NCBI RefSeq assembly: GCF_001194135.2
Contig: NC_068985.1
Span: 21,266,266 to 21,330,265, forward strand
Reading direction: 5' to 3'
DNA length: 64,000 nucleotides
Origin: Octopus bimaculoides
Taxonomy: Eukaryota
Positions 23,420 through 35,610 of the stretch are shown in pieces. The number at the start of each line of letters is the position of its first letter. Position 1 is the stretch's first letter. The notes beneath the pieces are model-generated. The model was not told the DNA's origin and made no database searches. It saw only the letters and a program-made list of their open reading frames with translations. Made by a program: the position numbers and the translations under genes.

Positions 23420-24956
23420 ACCATGGTAATTGAATGAATTATGTTTGGTGGTTAGTGGATAGCAGCCCAGGATGTCCAAGTCTCTGTTAGATATTTTGGG
23501 CTTGAGGGCAGTCTCAATAACTCCAAAAATGAGCTCTTATGTTCTGTCAGAATGCATCAACTTTAGAAAAATTTGTACATAAATTCTCAATATTGGTGTA
23601 AGAGATGACAGCTCTTGGATCTATTTTTGCTCAATTTGAATTGGGTTTAATGTTATTAAACTTAGATTGTGACTGCGACATTTTGTAGATTGGTTGTTGA
23701 TGAAAAGCTCAATAAATATAATTGGTGCTGTTTGTAAGGTTGACATGTTTGAACTATCTAGAACAATCCATACTGTGGGAAAAAATCTCCATGAGAGAGA
23801 GGTTCCATTAGAAGCAACTGAAGGGTCAAGCAGCCATTTATGAAATGGCATTATATAATCCCAATATTAAATACTTTCTATTAAGATAAACACCACCGAC
23901 CCTTGACCATTGCATCAGTGTTTGGATCTCTAAACAATTAGGAGGAAAATGCCAGTCCAAAAGATGGTACCTCCAGTATTCTTATTAAAGAACAGATTAG
24001 ACTAGAGAAACATGTTGCCAAAAAAAATAGTTCAACATATGCTTTTTTGTTTTATTTTTTGTAAGTTAGAAACAACATATAATGCATCAAGTCAAGCTTC
24101 CTACATAAGGTGGAAGTAAAAAATACCTAATAGTGGGAGTTTGGTTTACAAAACTCCTCGTAGATAGAAAAAAAAATGCTGTTTGACTTTTCTGAAGTTT
24201 GCAATCCCATCCCAAATGGTTGGTTATGGTTTTACTTCATGTTGTGCATTTATTGATGACACCATTACAAGGTAGATTGCTAAGCAAATGTCCTGTTTGT
24301 TTCCCAGCTTGGTATCTCTTTGATGCTGCCTTGTGAAGGGCAATGACAGTTTTTGCTGTTGCTTTTAGTGTTGCTGAACTCCCTCAAACCCTCTCAAGTA
24401 GCAAATTCAGTATGTTTGCCAGTTTAGCTGACATTGACCCAAACTATGAAACCGACCACATGGTTACATGTTACCACCAGCAAGGGGCCACTTTTGTAAT
24501 AACCTTATGAAAGCATATAAAGGAGATGTGAATTATGTATTAGCATTGTAAACTAGATTAACTTTATTTCAGACAGCATTTCTTGTTTATAATCTCTTGG
24601 GTAATGTGTATATATGCATCTTCAGTCAAGTGACATTTTAATCAGAAATCAATGGCTGCTTACATGTTAAACTACTTGGGAATTCATCCCTTGTTTTATG
24701 GTATTTACTTGCAAACTTATTGCTTGGTGGGAGAGTTGAAATTATTGTTTGGGATTTTTAAATCTTCAGCAGAGTTGACTTAGTTCTGTAGCTATGATAA
24801 CAAGTAAAAATAGCTCATAGCAACCCAAGATCTCTGGATTCACTAGCTAAGCTTCATTTCAAAGAAATATACTTTGCACTTTGATACCCTGAATTTTTTA
24901 ATTTTTGTGATTTACTAATTTCCTTAGAGTTACCAAAACTGATAGAAATCTCTCTT

Positions 24957-25007
<51 letters not shown>

Positions 25008-25145
25008 NNNNNNNNNNNNNNNNNNNNNNNNNNNNNNNNNNNNNNNNNNNNNNNNNNNNNNNNNNNNNNNNNNNNNNNNNNNNNNNNNNNNNNNNNNNNN
25101 NNNNNNNNNNNNNNNNNNNNNNNNNNNNNNNNNNNNNNNNNNNNN
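25008..25145. other. Assembly gap after (TC)n
   Basis: N run. Confidence 1.
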
Positions 25146-25659
25146 ATAAAATCACTCCTGTTTTCCAATGCCAACAAGAGTTGGATAGGTCTGCTCCATT
25201 ACAGTGTCTTACTCTTGGTTGCATTTCATTCATGTAGTTTCATCATGTAGTTTCATCTCATACATGTAGTTCAAGCATCCTGAATTCAGCTTTTGCCACA
25301 TCTTCCTCTTCCAATTGCTTTGTTTGAAACACCTTCACCCAACTGTTGTTTTTCATTTGCGTCCCACCCATGCCAGCATGGAAGGTAAATATTAAATGAT
25401 AATGATGATGATCTCATATCTATACCAATGCAACCTTCTCTCATGCACACTACATCTAATTTCTTTCACAGTTGGTGGTTGCTAATCCTCTACATCGCTC
25501 AAATGCAAGCTACATATGAGTACTGCTCACATATCTTGGATATGAAATGGTGCTTCTGATATACATAAAAGCCTTCTAGGTCCATTAAAAAAAAGGTTAT
25601 TTCGCTTACTGGTAGAGACTCAGTCACCAACTCTCTACAACCTCTAGCATACAGACATG

Positions 25660-25930
25660 ATGTTTTCTCTCTCTTCCATTTCTATCGCTGCTACATCCTC
25701 ACCTCATTTGAACTTTCTAGTGCATTCCACCTCCACTCCGTCCATCTACTTCTTTGTCATCCTTACTGTGTCTCATCCCCTAAACACTGCACTAATCGCT
25801 TTACCTAATCTTTCTTCCTTAAGTTGCAATTCCTTGGATTACTTCTTCACCCATATTTTGCCTACTTGCTTTAACCTAAGGACGTTCAAAGTAAAATCAA
25901 ACACTTTAATCTCACAAATGTGAGTTCTAC
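25660..25930 (+). mobile_element. Probable 3' terminus of a CR1/Jockey-group LINE
   Basis: Remnants resembling SHP...TNR...CNSL...F.HILPTCFNLRTFKVK, the usual C-terminal end of these ORFs. Confidence 0.4.
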
Positions 25931-26389
25931 GAAAGGCTTTGGATGCTTCCATTCTTTGTACCAAAAGAATAATTTTTTAAAAAACTATGATACAGTCCTT
26001 CACGCCTAAAGTATTGTAGATAAATCCTTTAAAAACTACACACACACATGCATGCACACATGCATGCACACATGCAGGCAAGCAGACAAGAAAAGAGCAT
26101 TTAAAAACAGATATTATGAATTATGTTATGTTTGTTATTCCTTGTTATGTTCATTAAATTTCAGTTGTTTGATTGTTTATTTGTTTATAATTAGTCGTTC
26201 GTTGTGAATATTGATTTCTCGATAAAGCTTGGAGTTGTAATTTATGACAAGTAGTGTGTTTAATCTAAGTAGCATGTTTAATCTGGAGAAAAACATAAAT
26301 ATAATAGCATTTGCTGGACAGAAGGACTGTATTTAATATTTAATGCAGGATTTCAGGATACTAACATTCATTGAATGGCAATAATCAGA

Positions 26390-26550
26390 AAGGGATGCAA
26401 TGAATTCCTCCAGTTCCAAATTAAAAGATGTTCTAAATGAGGCAGAAGGAATATAGAGCAAAAGAATACACTGATATTTTTCTGGTTGTCAGTTATCAGA
26501 TCAACCAGTTTTATGGCACACAAATAGCTGACTGAATGACAAGGTGTAAT
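26390..26550 (+). mobile_element. hAT (Charlie/Buster-like) transposase relic
   Basis: MNSSSSKLKDVLNEA...FSGCQ...VLWHT..*L.DKV, with stops; resembles the L.DVL.EA...LL.HT.VRWLS.GKV block of ZBED/Charlie transposases. Confidence 0.45.
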
Positions 26551-26801
26551 CTTCAGATCCATTTTCCCAGCTATTCTAGGTCTCCATCTCACTGAGCATT
26601 ATATTGGCACACTTTGGCTTGTATTATTGCAGTCTAACAGTCTCTTTACTACATTCTCTCCACTGTTTAATCTATATCTCTTGAAAAGACCAGAATATAT
26701 ATACTACGGATTGCTTGAAGCTAACCTTCCTACACCTCGATCCTTGGATCTTATATTTGTTTGTATATTTATTTATTTATTTATATATATATATATATAT
26801 A

Positions 26802-27439
26802 NNNNNNNNNNNNNNNNNNNNNNNNNNNNNNNNNNNNNNNNNNNNNNNNNNNNNNNNNNNNNNNNNNNNNNNNNNNNNNNNNNNNNNNNNNNNNNNNNNN
26901 NNNNNNNNNNNNNNNNNNNNNNNNNNNNNNNNNNNNNNNNNNNNNNNNNNNNNNNNNNNNNNNNNNNNNNNNNNNNNNNNNNNNNNNNNNNNNNNNNNNN
27001 NNNNNNNNNNNNNNNNNNNNNNNNNNNNNNNNNNNNNNNNNNNNNNNNNNNNNNNNNNNNNNNNNNNNNNNNNNNNNNNNNNNNNNNNNNNNNNNNNNNN
27101 NNNNNNNNNNNNNNNNNNNNNNNNNNNNNNNNNNNNNNNNNNNNNNNNNNNNNNNNNNNNNNNNNNNNNNNNNNNNNNNNNNNNNNNNNNNNNNNNNNNN
27201 NNNNNNNNNNNNNNNNNNNNNNNNNNNNNNNNNNNNNNNNNNNNNNNNNNNNNNNNNNNNNNNNNNNNNNNNNNNNNNNNNNNNNNNNNNNNNNNNNNNN
27301 NNNNNNNNNNNNNNNNNNNNNNNNNNNNNNNNNNNNNNNNNNNNNNNNNNNNNNNNNNNNNNNNNNNNNNNNNNNNNNNNNNNNNNNNNNNNNNNNNNNN
27401 NNNNNNNNNNNNNNNNNNNNNNNNNNNNNNNNNNNNNNN
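26802..27439. other. Assembly gap after (TA)n
   Basis: N run. Confidence 1.
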
Positions 27440-27841
27440 ATTGAACAAAATAGGAGTCAACAAGGAGTATGGTTGGACATTTATTTTCAATCACTACAAT
27501 TGTTTCTATGCAACCGTTTCCTTGCATTATGACATCTAGTTGGGTGTCTATTCAGGTGATATGTAAATAATGTCTCTATAAGTTCAAATTCTCAGCTTCA
27601 AGAGCATCCTCTTTGTCTGTCATGGTCTGAAGTTAGTAGTAGCCACTGAGTTTATCAAGGTGTGTTGTTGCTAAACCAACTGTACTCCTTCTTGTTGGCT
27701 CCAATTTTTTCAATTATCTATTCATGCATGACAGAAGCCCCTGGAAGTACGTATAATACTGCTACTAGATAACACTGGGTGAAATCTGAAGGTGGACGAG
27801 CCTTATACTGTACTGTAATACATTAACAGAATATACCATAA

Positions 27842-27884
<43 letters not shown>

Positions 27885-27899
27885 GGATTTGGAAGTCAT

Positions 27900-29700
27900 T
27901 TTTCATTTACTGAAAACCAGTTGTGTGTGGGCCTTGAAGCATAGTCCACTATTTCCTATTCTTAGTGGCTTGTTGTGAAGAGAGGATTAGCCTAGTCTAC
28001 TGTATTATTTGTACATCATTTGTATTTATTTCTGTGAACCTTCTGTGAACATGGTGGGTTTTGGTAAGAAGGGGCACAATGATGTCTGATGTCGTGGCGC
28101 AAGGTTTCTGGGTGATTTAAATAAAGCTGGAGTAGTTGTACAACAATATCAGAAGAATGGTGGAAGCATGTAAGTGTGGAACCATCTGTATGAAGGCATC
28201 ACACACACAAACACCTGACTGTTTTCGTAAAGGTACTATTGGTTAAAAGGAATGAAAAGGAAGACAGTCCCTAAGGAAAATTGCAGGTTTTGGAAGTGTT
28301 GTTCTTGTGCATTATACTTAGGTGTTGTTTTAGATTATTTCTTAAAGTGAGTATATTTTGTATATATGGTTAGCAGAAAATCAAGTAGAAAGCAGTGATA
28401 ATGTCACTGGTGGTAAGAATGGTATGTGTGGCATGACTTTTGTTAAAGGCAACATGTATATTTTTTAAGTTTGTGAGTAGTGTAGTGGTTGTCTGTTGAG
28501 GTCTGAATTTATGTTGAGGTTTTGAAAGGGGTATGTGCTGTTTAGTGATATCAAGGACTTAGTGTTGAATGAATGAATGTGTCTATGATGTTACTTCAGT
28601 TCTGTTTCTGTTAAGTTTTAACAATTATAATTTTGCTCAGCTTTCAGATTCTGGGAATTGTACAGTGTTTGTTGGTGAGTGCAGTTATTCCTTCAGGCCC
28701 TAGATGTTTTAGTTGTATGCTTGTGATTTTGTCTGACCATGAGGCTTTTGAGCTTTTAGATTTCTCTTTTGCTTTTTTTGGTGTCTGATGGAAGGAAAGG
28801 ATCAAAATGTTGATCAAGATGGAAGGTGCTTATTTTTTTTGTTTTGTGTTCCTGTTTTCATTATGTGGTCTTTGGTGGTTGGTTTACAAGAAATGTCTGA
28901 CGGATGTTTGCTTCATGTTGCAGTGTGAGTATATGTTATTTGAGGTTATTGTGGTATGAGATGTGGTGTGATCTTTGTTGATTTTGCGAATTACTCTATA
29001 TAGTGTTTTACTGTTAGTTTTATGGTTTGTATTCAACCCAGTTGTGTACCAGTCTTGCAATGATATAATTTCTTTTTATTCATTATTTTTATTTATTCAT
29101 TTCCTTTTTTAGTTGTTTGATATTAAATGTGAAGTCTATTGTCATTGAGGTTGTCACTGGTTTGTGAGGTTGGTTATTTATGGTATGCAATTGTGATTGC
29201 TTGGGTATTTTTTTATGTTGCTTTGTGGTGTGTTCTTTTTGGATGCGTCTATAATTATTTTGTTGAATATGTGTTCTGCTATGTTTGTGTTGGTGGTCAT
29301 GGTGGTGTTAAATTCCAAAAACCTTGATTGTATTTCTTGATGTAATTCATTCCATTGTGCTTTTGTTCAGGCGTGTAAAAGTGGATTTGGTTTCTTCAAT
29401 GTTGTACAAGTAAATTGTGATCATTTATTGGTGATCAAGAAAAGTTGGATAATTGTTTGTCATGCAGTAGCTAGGTGTAAGAACCAGAAGGTGATGTTTG
29501 GGATGAATAGTTGTTGAAGTTGGCTTGGTTGTATATAGTGTAGTGTGTGTGTTGGTGTGGATTGTTTAGAATGTGAGGGGAGTTTAATTGTACAGATATT
29601 ACTCATTTTGTCATCTGTATTCTTTGTAAACAAGGTGTAAAGTGCATTGAGGTCTCCTGCAATGATTGTGTTTGTAGGAGTAAAGTATTGTTGTTGTTGT
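27900..29700 (-). mobile_element. Heavily decayed LINE with endonuclease, RT and probable RNase H remnants
   Basis: IIAGDLNA (EN, ~29660); HTPFKTST..FRPQQTTTTLLTNL-like RT region (~28480-28570); HTDGS (catacagatggttcc) at ~28180-28195 resembling RNase H YTDGS. Confidence 0.65.
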
Positions 29701-29704
29701 TGGT

Positions 29705-30030
29705 AAGGTTGGTCTGTATGGTTAAGAGGTTTGCTTTGCAGCCATGTGGATCGAGGTTCAATCCCACTGTGCAGCACCTTGGTCAAGTATCTGCTTCTTT
29801 AGCCCTGGGCTAACCAATGCCTTGTGAATGAATTTAGTAGATGAAAACTGTACAAAGGCCATTGTGTGTGTGTGCTTGTGTCTGTGTATGAATATATTCT
29901 GTGCTGAGCTCACCTACAGACTGTGATGTTTGTTGACATTTCCCTGTTAACAATTCATCCCACTAGCTCTGTTTTTGAAGGCAAGTGTAATGCACCAGCA
30001 TGACCGCAGCCACTTGGCTAAAACACATAA
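29705..30030 (+). mobile_element. CORE-like SINE
   Basis: tgtatggttaagaggtttgc...ggttcaatccc...ccttggtcaagt...aatgccttgtgaatgaattt; 3' gcaccagcatgaccgcagcc, then (AAAT)n. Confidence 0.75.
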
Positions 30031-30182
30031 ATAAATAAATAAATAAATAAATAAGGATTAGCAGCAGGAAGGGTACCTGGCTGTAAAATAATGCTTCAAT
30101 ATGCATTCATTTAACCAGTGCTAGCATGTAAAAACTTGGTGTAAAACAAATGAACATATGTACATGATATATATATATCTGT

Positions 30183-30515
30183 GAAAGTGCATGGCTCAGT
30201 GGTTAGTGTTGGACTCATAATCATTAGGTAGTGAGTTCAATTCCCAGACCAGGCTGTGTGTTGTATTCTTGAGCAAGACACTTTATTTCACCTTGCTCCA
30301 GTTCACTCAGCTGTAGAAATGTGTTGTGACATTACTGTGCCAAGCTCTATTGGCTTTTGCCTTTTCCTTGGATAACATTGGTGGCATGGAGAGGGGAGGC
30401 TGGTATGCATGGGTGACTGCTAATCTTCCATAAACAACCTTGCCCGGACTTGTACCTTGGAGGAAAACTTTCTAGGTGCAATCCCATGATCATTCATGAC
30501 TGAAAGAGGCCCTTT
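30183..30515 (+). mobile_element. tRNA-derived SINE, distinct family
   Basis: A-box tggctcagtggttag, B-box gagttcaattccc, then cttgagcaagacactttatttcac..tgctccagttcactcagctg. Confidence 0.75.
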
Positions 30516-30636
30516 ATTCTCTTTTGGTTTTGCAGGAATATAAATAAAACATAAAAAACAGACAGTGTTGGAACTCTTTTAAACAAAATAATATATTCCT
30601 CTATACACAATCATACAAAACCCCCTTTTTTTTGTA

Positions 30637-30687
<51 letters not shown>

Positions 30688-31469
30688 GTAAAACAAATGA
30701 AAGGGGATCCAGGAATCCAAGTGGCTACCTCAGTCAGCCTTCCTGCAAATACTAACTAACAGACTGTATAGAAAGGAACAGTGCTTTAGTAGAATCATGT
30801 TTTGCACAAACTAAAAGATCTCTGACATTTTCTTCACTTTTTTTGCTTGTTTGTGTGTGTGTCTGTGTTTGTGTACGTGTGCACTCTTTGTGTTGCTGGT
30901 TTATCAACATATTCAATGTCTTTTGTGATATCTATCTGTATACTTAATGCAAGTTTTTATACATGTTAGAAGTCCACTTCCATTGTCAAAGTGTCTGTCT
31001 CATTGCTTTGAATATAATTTGAAATGCTGCATATTTGAGTCCTGTCAGTAAGAATGCTTCCTGAATTATTGCTATAAAGGTGTTTTTAATGCTGTTAGTA
31101 TTTATTTAGAGTGTGTGTTTGTGTTTGTGTGTGTGTGTGTGTGCGTTAACAAAGTTTATCTTTGTGCTTGAAGTGTTTATTTTGAGATGCATTTTGTGCA
31201 GACCTGTAATGTTGGGAAAAGAGATAATAATGCTTTTTGTTTTTATTTTTATTGATATTGGTATTGTTCTTATTTTTCCTTTTAAGTTATGTATTTTTCT
31301 GAATTATTTGTAAATATTTGTTATTTGAATGTTCTTCTGTGAGGATTTTGTAAACTTTGTAGATTGAGTTTAAAACTCACTTCATGCAAAATCATAGCTG
31401 CTGTCATTCCCTGACAGGGTTTGCACATGTGAAAGTCAAAATGTGAATGTTAAAAAATTGATCCAATCA

Positions 31470-31635
31470 AATGAGTTGGCATGGGTTGGACGGTTTAACA
31501 GGAGTTGTTCAGCTAGGAAGATGTCCTGACTTCAGTTGTCTCTTTTGGCATGGTTTCTACAGCTGGATGCCCTTCCTAAAACAAACCACTTTACAGAGTG
31601 TGCTGGGTGCATTTTACATGGCACTGACATTTACA
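31470..31635 (-). mobile_element. RTE-tail repeat
   Basis: ggcatgggttggacgg...ggtttctacagctggatgcccttcctaa...ttttacatggcac. Confidence 0.75.
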
Positions 31636-32103
31636 AAGGACTTGGTTGTATGTTTGGATGACTTAGCCAAGTAAATCTACATGTAAACTAATAATGCTAT
31701 TAGACATAGATTATAACAACTCCTACAATCCACCAGCTTCTTAAGAGCTTTAATTACCATTACTTTATAATTCATATAAACGTTAAGGATTATATGGAGG
31801 GGTTCTTTCATTGTCGATCTAGCCATCCTCAAGTGCTATATTTCTACTACTTGTCTTATTTGGTGTTTCCATTGTATTGTTTATTTTTCAATCCCTTCTA
31901 TTTGAAGTTGTATCTCCCTCACTTATGCATTCTAAGAAGTACTGCTAGTTTTTATTTGGGTGGCAGGATGGATAATAAAAATTGAAAGATTTTAGCTGTT
32001 TTTCCATCATATATTTTTGTTTGATATTATTGAATGCGTTAGTATGCAGTTCTTTCCAAACATTTTTGCTAACGATTTTCATTTTCTTTTTTTTATTTTA
32101 TAG

Positions 32104-33191
32104 CTAATATTTCTCAAGATGGAACTCTTAACGAAGTGTCTTCAAAACACAAGCAAATAGATAATCAGTCTACTGCTGCTATTTCAACTGCTGCAACATT
32201 AAGTTCAGGGGAAGATACTGTGGACGACTCAAGGGAGATAAATTTCATGAAACCCACAGATTCACCCAGTAACGAATCTTCAAATTCTCTTAAAGAAACT
32301 AATCTTGATGTAAACACTAGCGATGCAAACAAAACTTCTTTAAACCTCTTAGATTCTGCCGATTCCAACCTTGATAATGTTCCTGGTTCTAAAAAACAAT
32401 CTTCGATCAGTGATAAATCAGAAATATGTACAACTCAGAGGGGAGACGGCTGGGATAATTCTTGTTGCCTAACTTCAAATTCATCTTCAGAGCTGCCTTT
32501 GGAAAAAATAAACACTGGTGGCAAGTGTACCAACATATCTCCTGTGGATTTGCCAACTGAGCAAAACCAACAAAATATAACAATTTCAGATTTAGGTGCT
32601 AATACACATGTGCAACAACAAAATAGCAGGGAAGCTTCTAGTTTGCCACAAAATGAAGGTCACGGTGTTAAAGTTGAACTTTCATTGGCAGAAAGTGATA
32701 ATGATGCCACAGCTGCTCAAGCAAGTGCCAGTTGTGAAGTGCCTAAAAGGTCTGAAAGGGTCATTTCCAAAACTAGCTTGTCTTTGGCGGATTCTTCCAA
32801 AGATGTAGACGACCACTTATCTAAGCGCAGTGATACAGACTCTCAGGACATAACACCTTCTGAGTCATTGAGTATTCCTTCAGATAAAGATATTGACGGT
32901 ATCCCTATAGAAACTGCTGACAATGAGAATGGACAAAGTTTATCTAAAATTGCCCTAGATGGCTCATCTTCATCTTCTGTGCAGAGTATTTACCATATAA
33001 AATGGATTCATTTTCAATCACAAAAGGTACCCATTATTACTCAAAATGAAAATGGTCCATGCCCGTTGCTTGCAATAATGAATGTATTGTTGCTACAAGG
33101 GCGAGTAACTCTGGATTCTACTTCAGAATTAATTACTTCAGAACAACTTATGGATCACTTAGGTGAATGCATCCTGCAAAATGTTCCTAAG
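32104..33191 (+). CDS. MINDY1: MINDY1/2 (FAM63)-family deubiquitinase, large exon: S/T/D/N-rich N-terminal extension plus start of catalytic domain
   Basis: Acceptor ttttattttatag|CT (phase 1). Open frame of 362 codons ending YHIKWIHFQSQKVPIITQNENGPCPLLAIMNVLLLQG...ILQNVPK, then donor aag|GTAAGC. TQNENGPCPLLAI is the MINDY catalytic Cys motif (Gln codon 33042-44, Cys codon 33060-62). Confidence 0.93.
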
Positions 33192-33284
33192 GTAAGCAGA
33201 AGAAAAAAACTATTTTCTCTTTTTTAATTCATAAATGTTTTTTGATTTTTGTTGTTGCTTTTTTTCTATTATTATTGTCATTTA

Positions 33285-33485
33285 TGCACAAGGCCTGAAA
33301 TTTAGGGGGAAGGGGCTAGTTGATACCAACAACTCAAGTAAGCAACTGGTACTTTATTTTATCATTCCCAAAAGCAAGCAAGGCAAAGTCAAGCTCAGTG
33401 GCTTTTGAATTCAGAATGTAAAGATAGGTGAAATACTGCTAAGCATTTTATCTAACATGCTAACATTTCTGCCAGCTTGCTACTT
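33285..33485 (-). mobile_element. tRNA-derived SINE (gagctggcagaa-head family) in MINDY intron
   Basis: cacaaggcctgaaattt...ctggtactttattttatc...gcaaagtcaa...tttgaattcagaatgtaaag...tgctaagcattt...ttctgccagctt. Confidence 0.75.
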
Positions 33486-34643
33486 TAGAAATCATTTAAA
33501 ATATAAAATGTTCTCTCCAGCTTTAACTCCCAAACTTCCAAGAATCGTTTTTTTCTGTTATTTTATGCATTGACTGTTCTTCTTCATGAAAGAAACTGTA
33601 CTTAAAACCTCATAGTTTGTTATTTAAACTCGTTCTTTAAGTTAAATTCAAATTATATTCAGATTAGGTTTCACCAAATTTGTGCAAAATTAAGGTTTTT
33701 AATTTAATTTGATCTGATGCTTAAAGCTTTTAGTTTATATATATTCCAAGATAATGGTATTGATGAACAGGAATTTCTCCAGTTTCAAGTTTATGTAATT
33801 AATATTCCTTAGAATATTCCATCTTAATTGTGCTAAATTTACATAATGTTTCTAGTTTCTGACAAGTAAATTGGAAAATATATTCATATGCATGAATTTA
33901 TATGCAATTATTAACTTGTGTTATACATGTATTTGGTCTATTGATTATTGATTAAATTTAGTCTTCCACTTTAATTCAGAAATTAAATTTGCATTTTCAT
34001 ATAAAATATAATTAAAAGTATGAACTAAGAACAATTATATAAACAATCATACAGTGGCATGTGCTTATAAAGAAATATTGAATAAAGTTTGAAATGCTGT
34101 TATAGAAGAATCAAATCAAATAAAACAGATTTAAAATTCTTGATTTGCCAAGCAGGACCTTTTTACATCATTGGCATTTCATAAAACTGAACATTGACAA
34201 CTGTATGACAGATCTTCTATGCAGTTGCTCTGCTCCTTAGAAATAGTACCCAGATCTCCTTCAGATAATACCCTAGATTCACAGTATCTGAAATAAAGAT
34301 CTAATATTTACAGCTGGAAGGCCTTTGAGGAAACATCTCTGCTTAGTCAGAACTGACTTAGAGGAAACAACTTTTGTATACAAAACCATGAACTTATTCA
34401 GACCAATTGATTTAGTTATTGTAATCAAATTTGTCAATCCTAGAAAGTTGATTGGGACAGTCTTCTCTGGAAGGACTTGAACTTAAAACACTAATGTCTA
34501 AATAGAACTAAATACCACAAGGAATTTACTCTGATACTTCAGTCAATTCACTGTTCTAATAATAACCTTTACAATTTTAAATTTTATTCTTAGAGAGTGT
34601 TTCTTAATGTTGAAATCTTATTGTATTTTTCCTTTATGAACAG

Positions 34644-34750
34644 ACAGCCTCAGAAGCTGATCGGTTAAATTACCAACAAAACATGCAGGATGGTATGGCA
34701 GTGGTCCACAAATTGCAAACTGGATTGGATGTCAATGTTGGTTTTAAAGG
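34644..34750 (+). CDS. MINDY1: MINDY exon (107 nt, phase 0 to 2)
   Basis: tttatgaacag|ACA...AAAGG|gtaagc; encodes TASEADRLNYQQNMQDGMAVVHKLQTGLDVNVGFKG, matching the MINDY NxQQNxxDxxxxxxKLxTGLDVNV motif; phase-compatible with its neighbours. Confidence 0.93.
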
Positions 34751-35449
34751 GTAAGCTAGCTACTATTATAAAAACTAATTAATTTTATATAAGAAATTCT
34801 TTCTAATTTTGGTTCAAGTTCAGCAATTTTCTGGGAAAGGAGTTGATTACATGAGCCCCAGTGTTCAACTGGTATTTTATTTTATCAACCCTGAAAGAAT
34901 GAAAGGCAATGTTGTCCTTGATGACATTTGAACTCCAAACATAAAATGCTGGAAGAAATGCCACTAAGAATTTTGTCCAGCATAATAGCAATTCTGCCAG
35001 CTCACCATTTCAATTTTATATAAGATATATTTACTCTAAAGCAGTTTCAGATTGTAATTTGTAGAAAGAGTAAACCTGAAAATATAACAGTTGAAGAATT
35101 ATGACCTCAAGCTAGTATTAGTCAGTTGTTATTTTGTTATTTTATATGTTAGGTGAGGCTATATTCTGTTTAATCCAGAACACTTTGAAGATTTTAATGT
35201 TAGTGAATTCTTGATATTGACTAAGTACTTCAACCAAGCATTGCACAAATGCTTGGTTTGCAAACTCTCTTAAATCATACCTTAAGATTATAAATAATGA
35301 ACACTAAATTGATAACAATCTCTGATGTATAAAAGGATGGCGGTTCGTGGCTGGAATTCCTTTGATGATAGGTTTCCTAGATCAGAGCTGATTAGGAATT
35401 AAGAAGCAACAATAATGCATGAAGTAACCAATATAGTTGTGTGTATGTG

Positions 35450-35610
35450 TGTAGTTTAGAAGTTTGCTTTGCAACCATGTGATTTTGAGTCTAGTGCCAC
35501 TGTATAGCATGTTGGGTAAGTGTCTTCTACTATAGCCCTGGACTACAATTGCTTTGTGAATGCAATTGGTTGACAACAATTGTATGAAAACCTGTTGTTT
35601 GTGTGTGTGT
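35450..35610 (+). mobile_element. CORE-like SINE in MINDY intron
   Basis: agaagtttgctttgcaaccatgtg...ttgggtaagtgtcttctactatagccc...(TG)n. Confidence 0.75.

Noticed and set aside
30183-30255. tRNA-like A and B boxes here and at other SINE heads
   Set aside because: No complete cloverleaf; each continues into SINE body sequence, so they are not tRNA genes.
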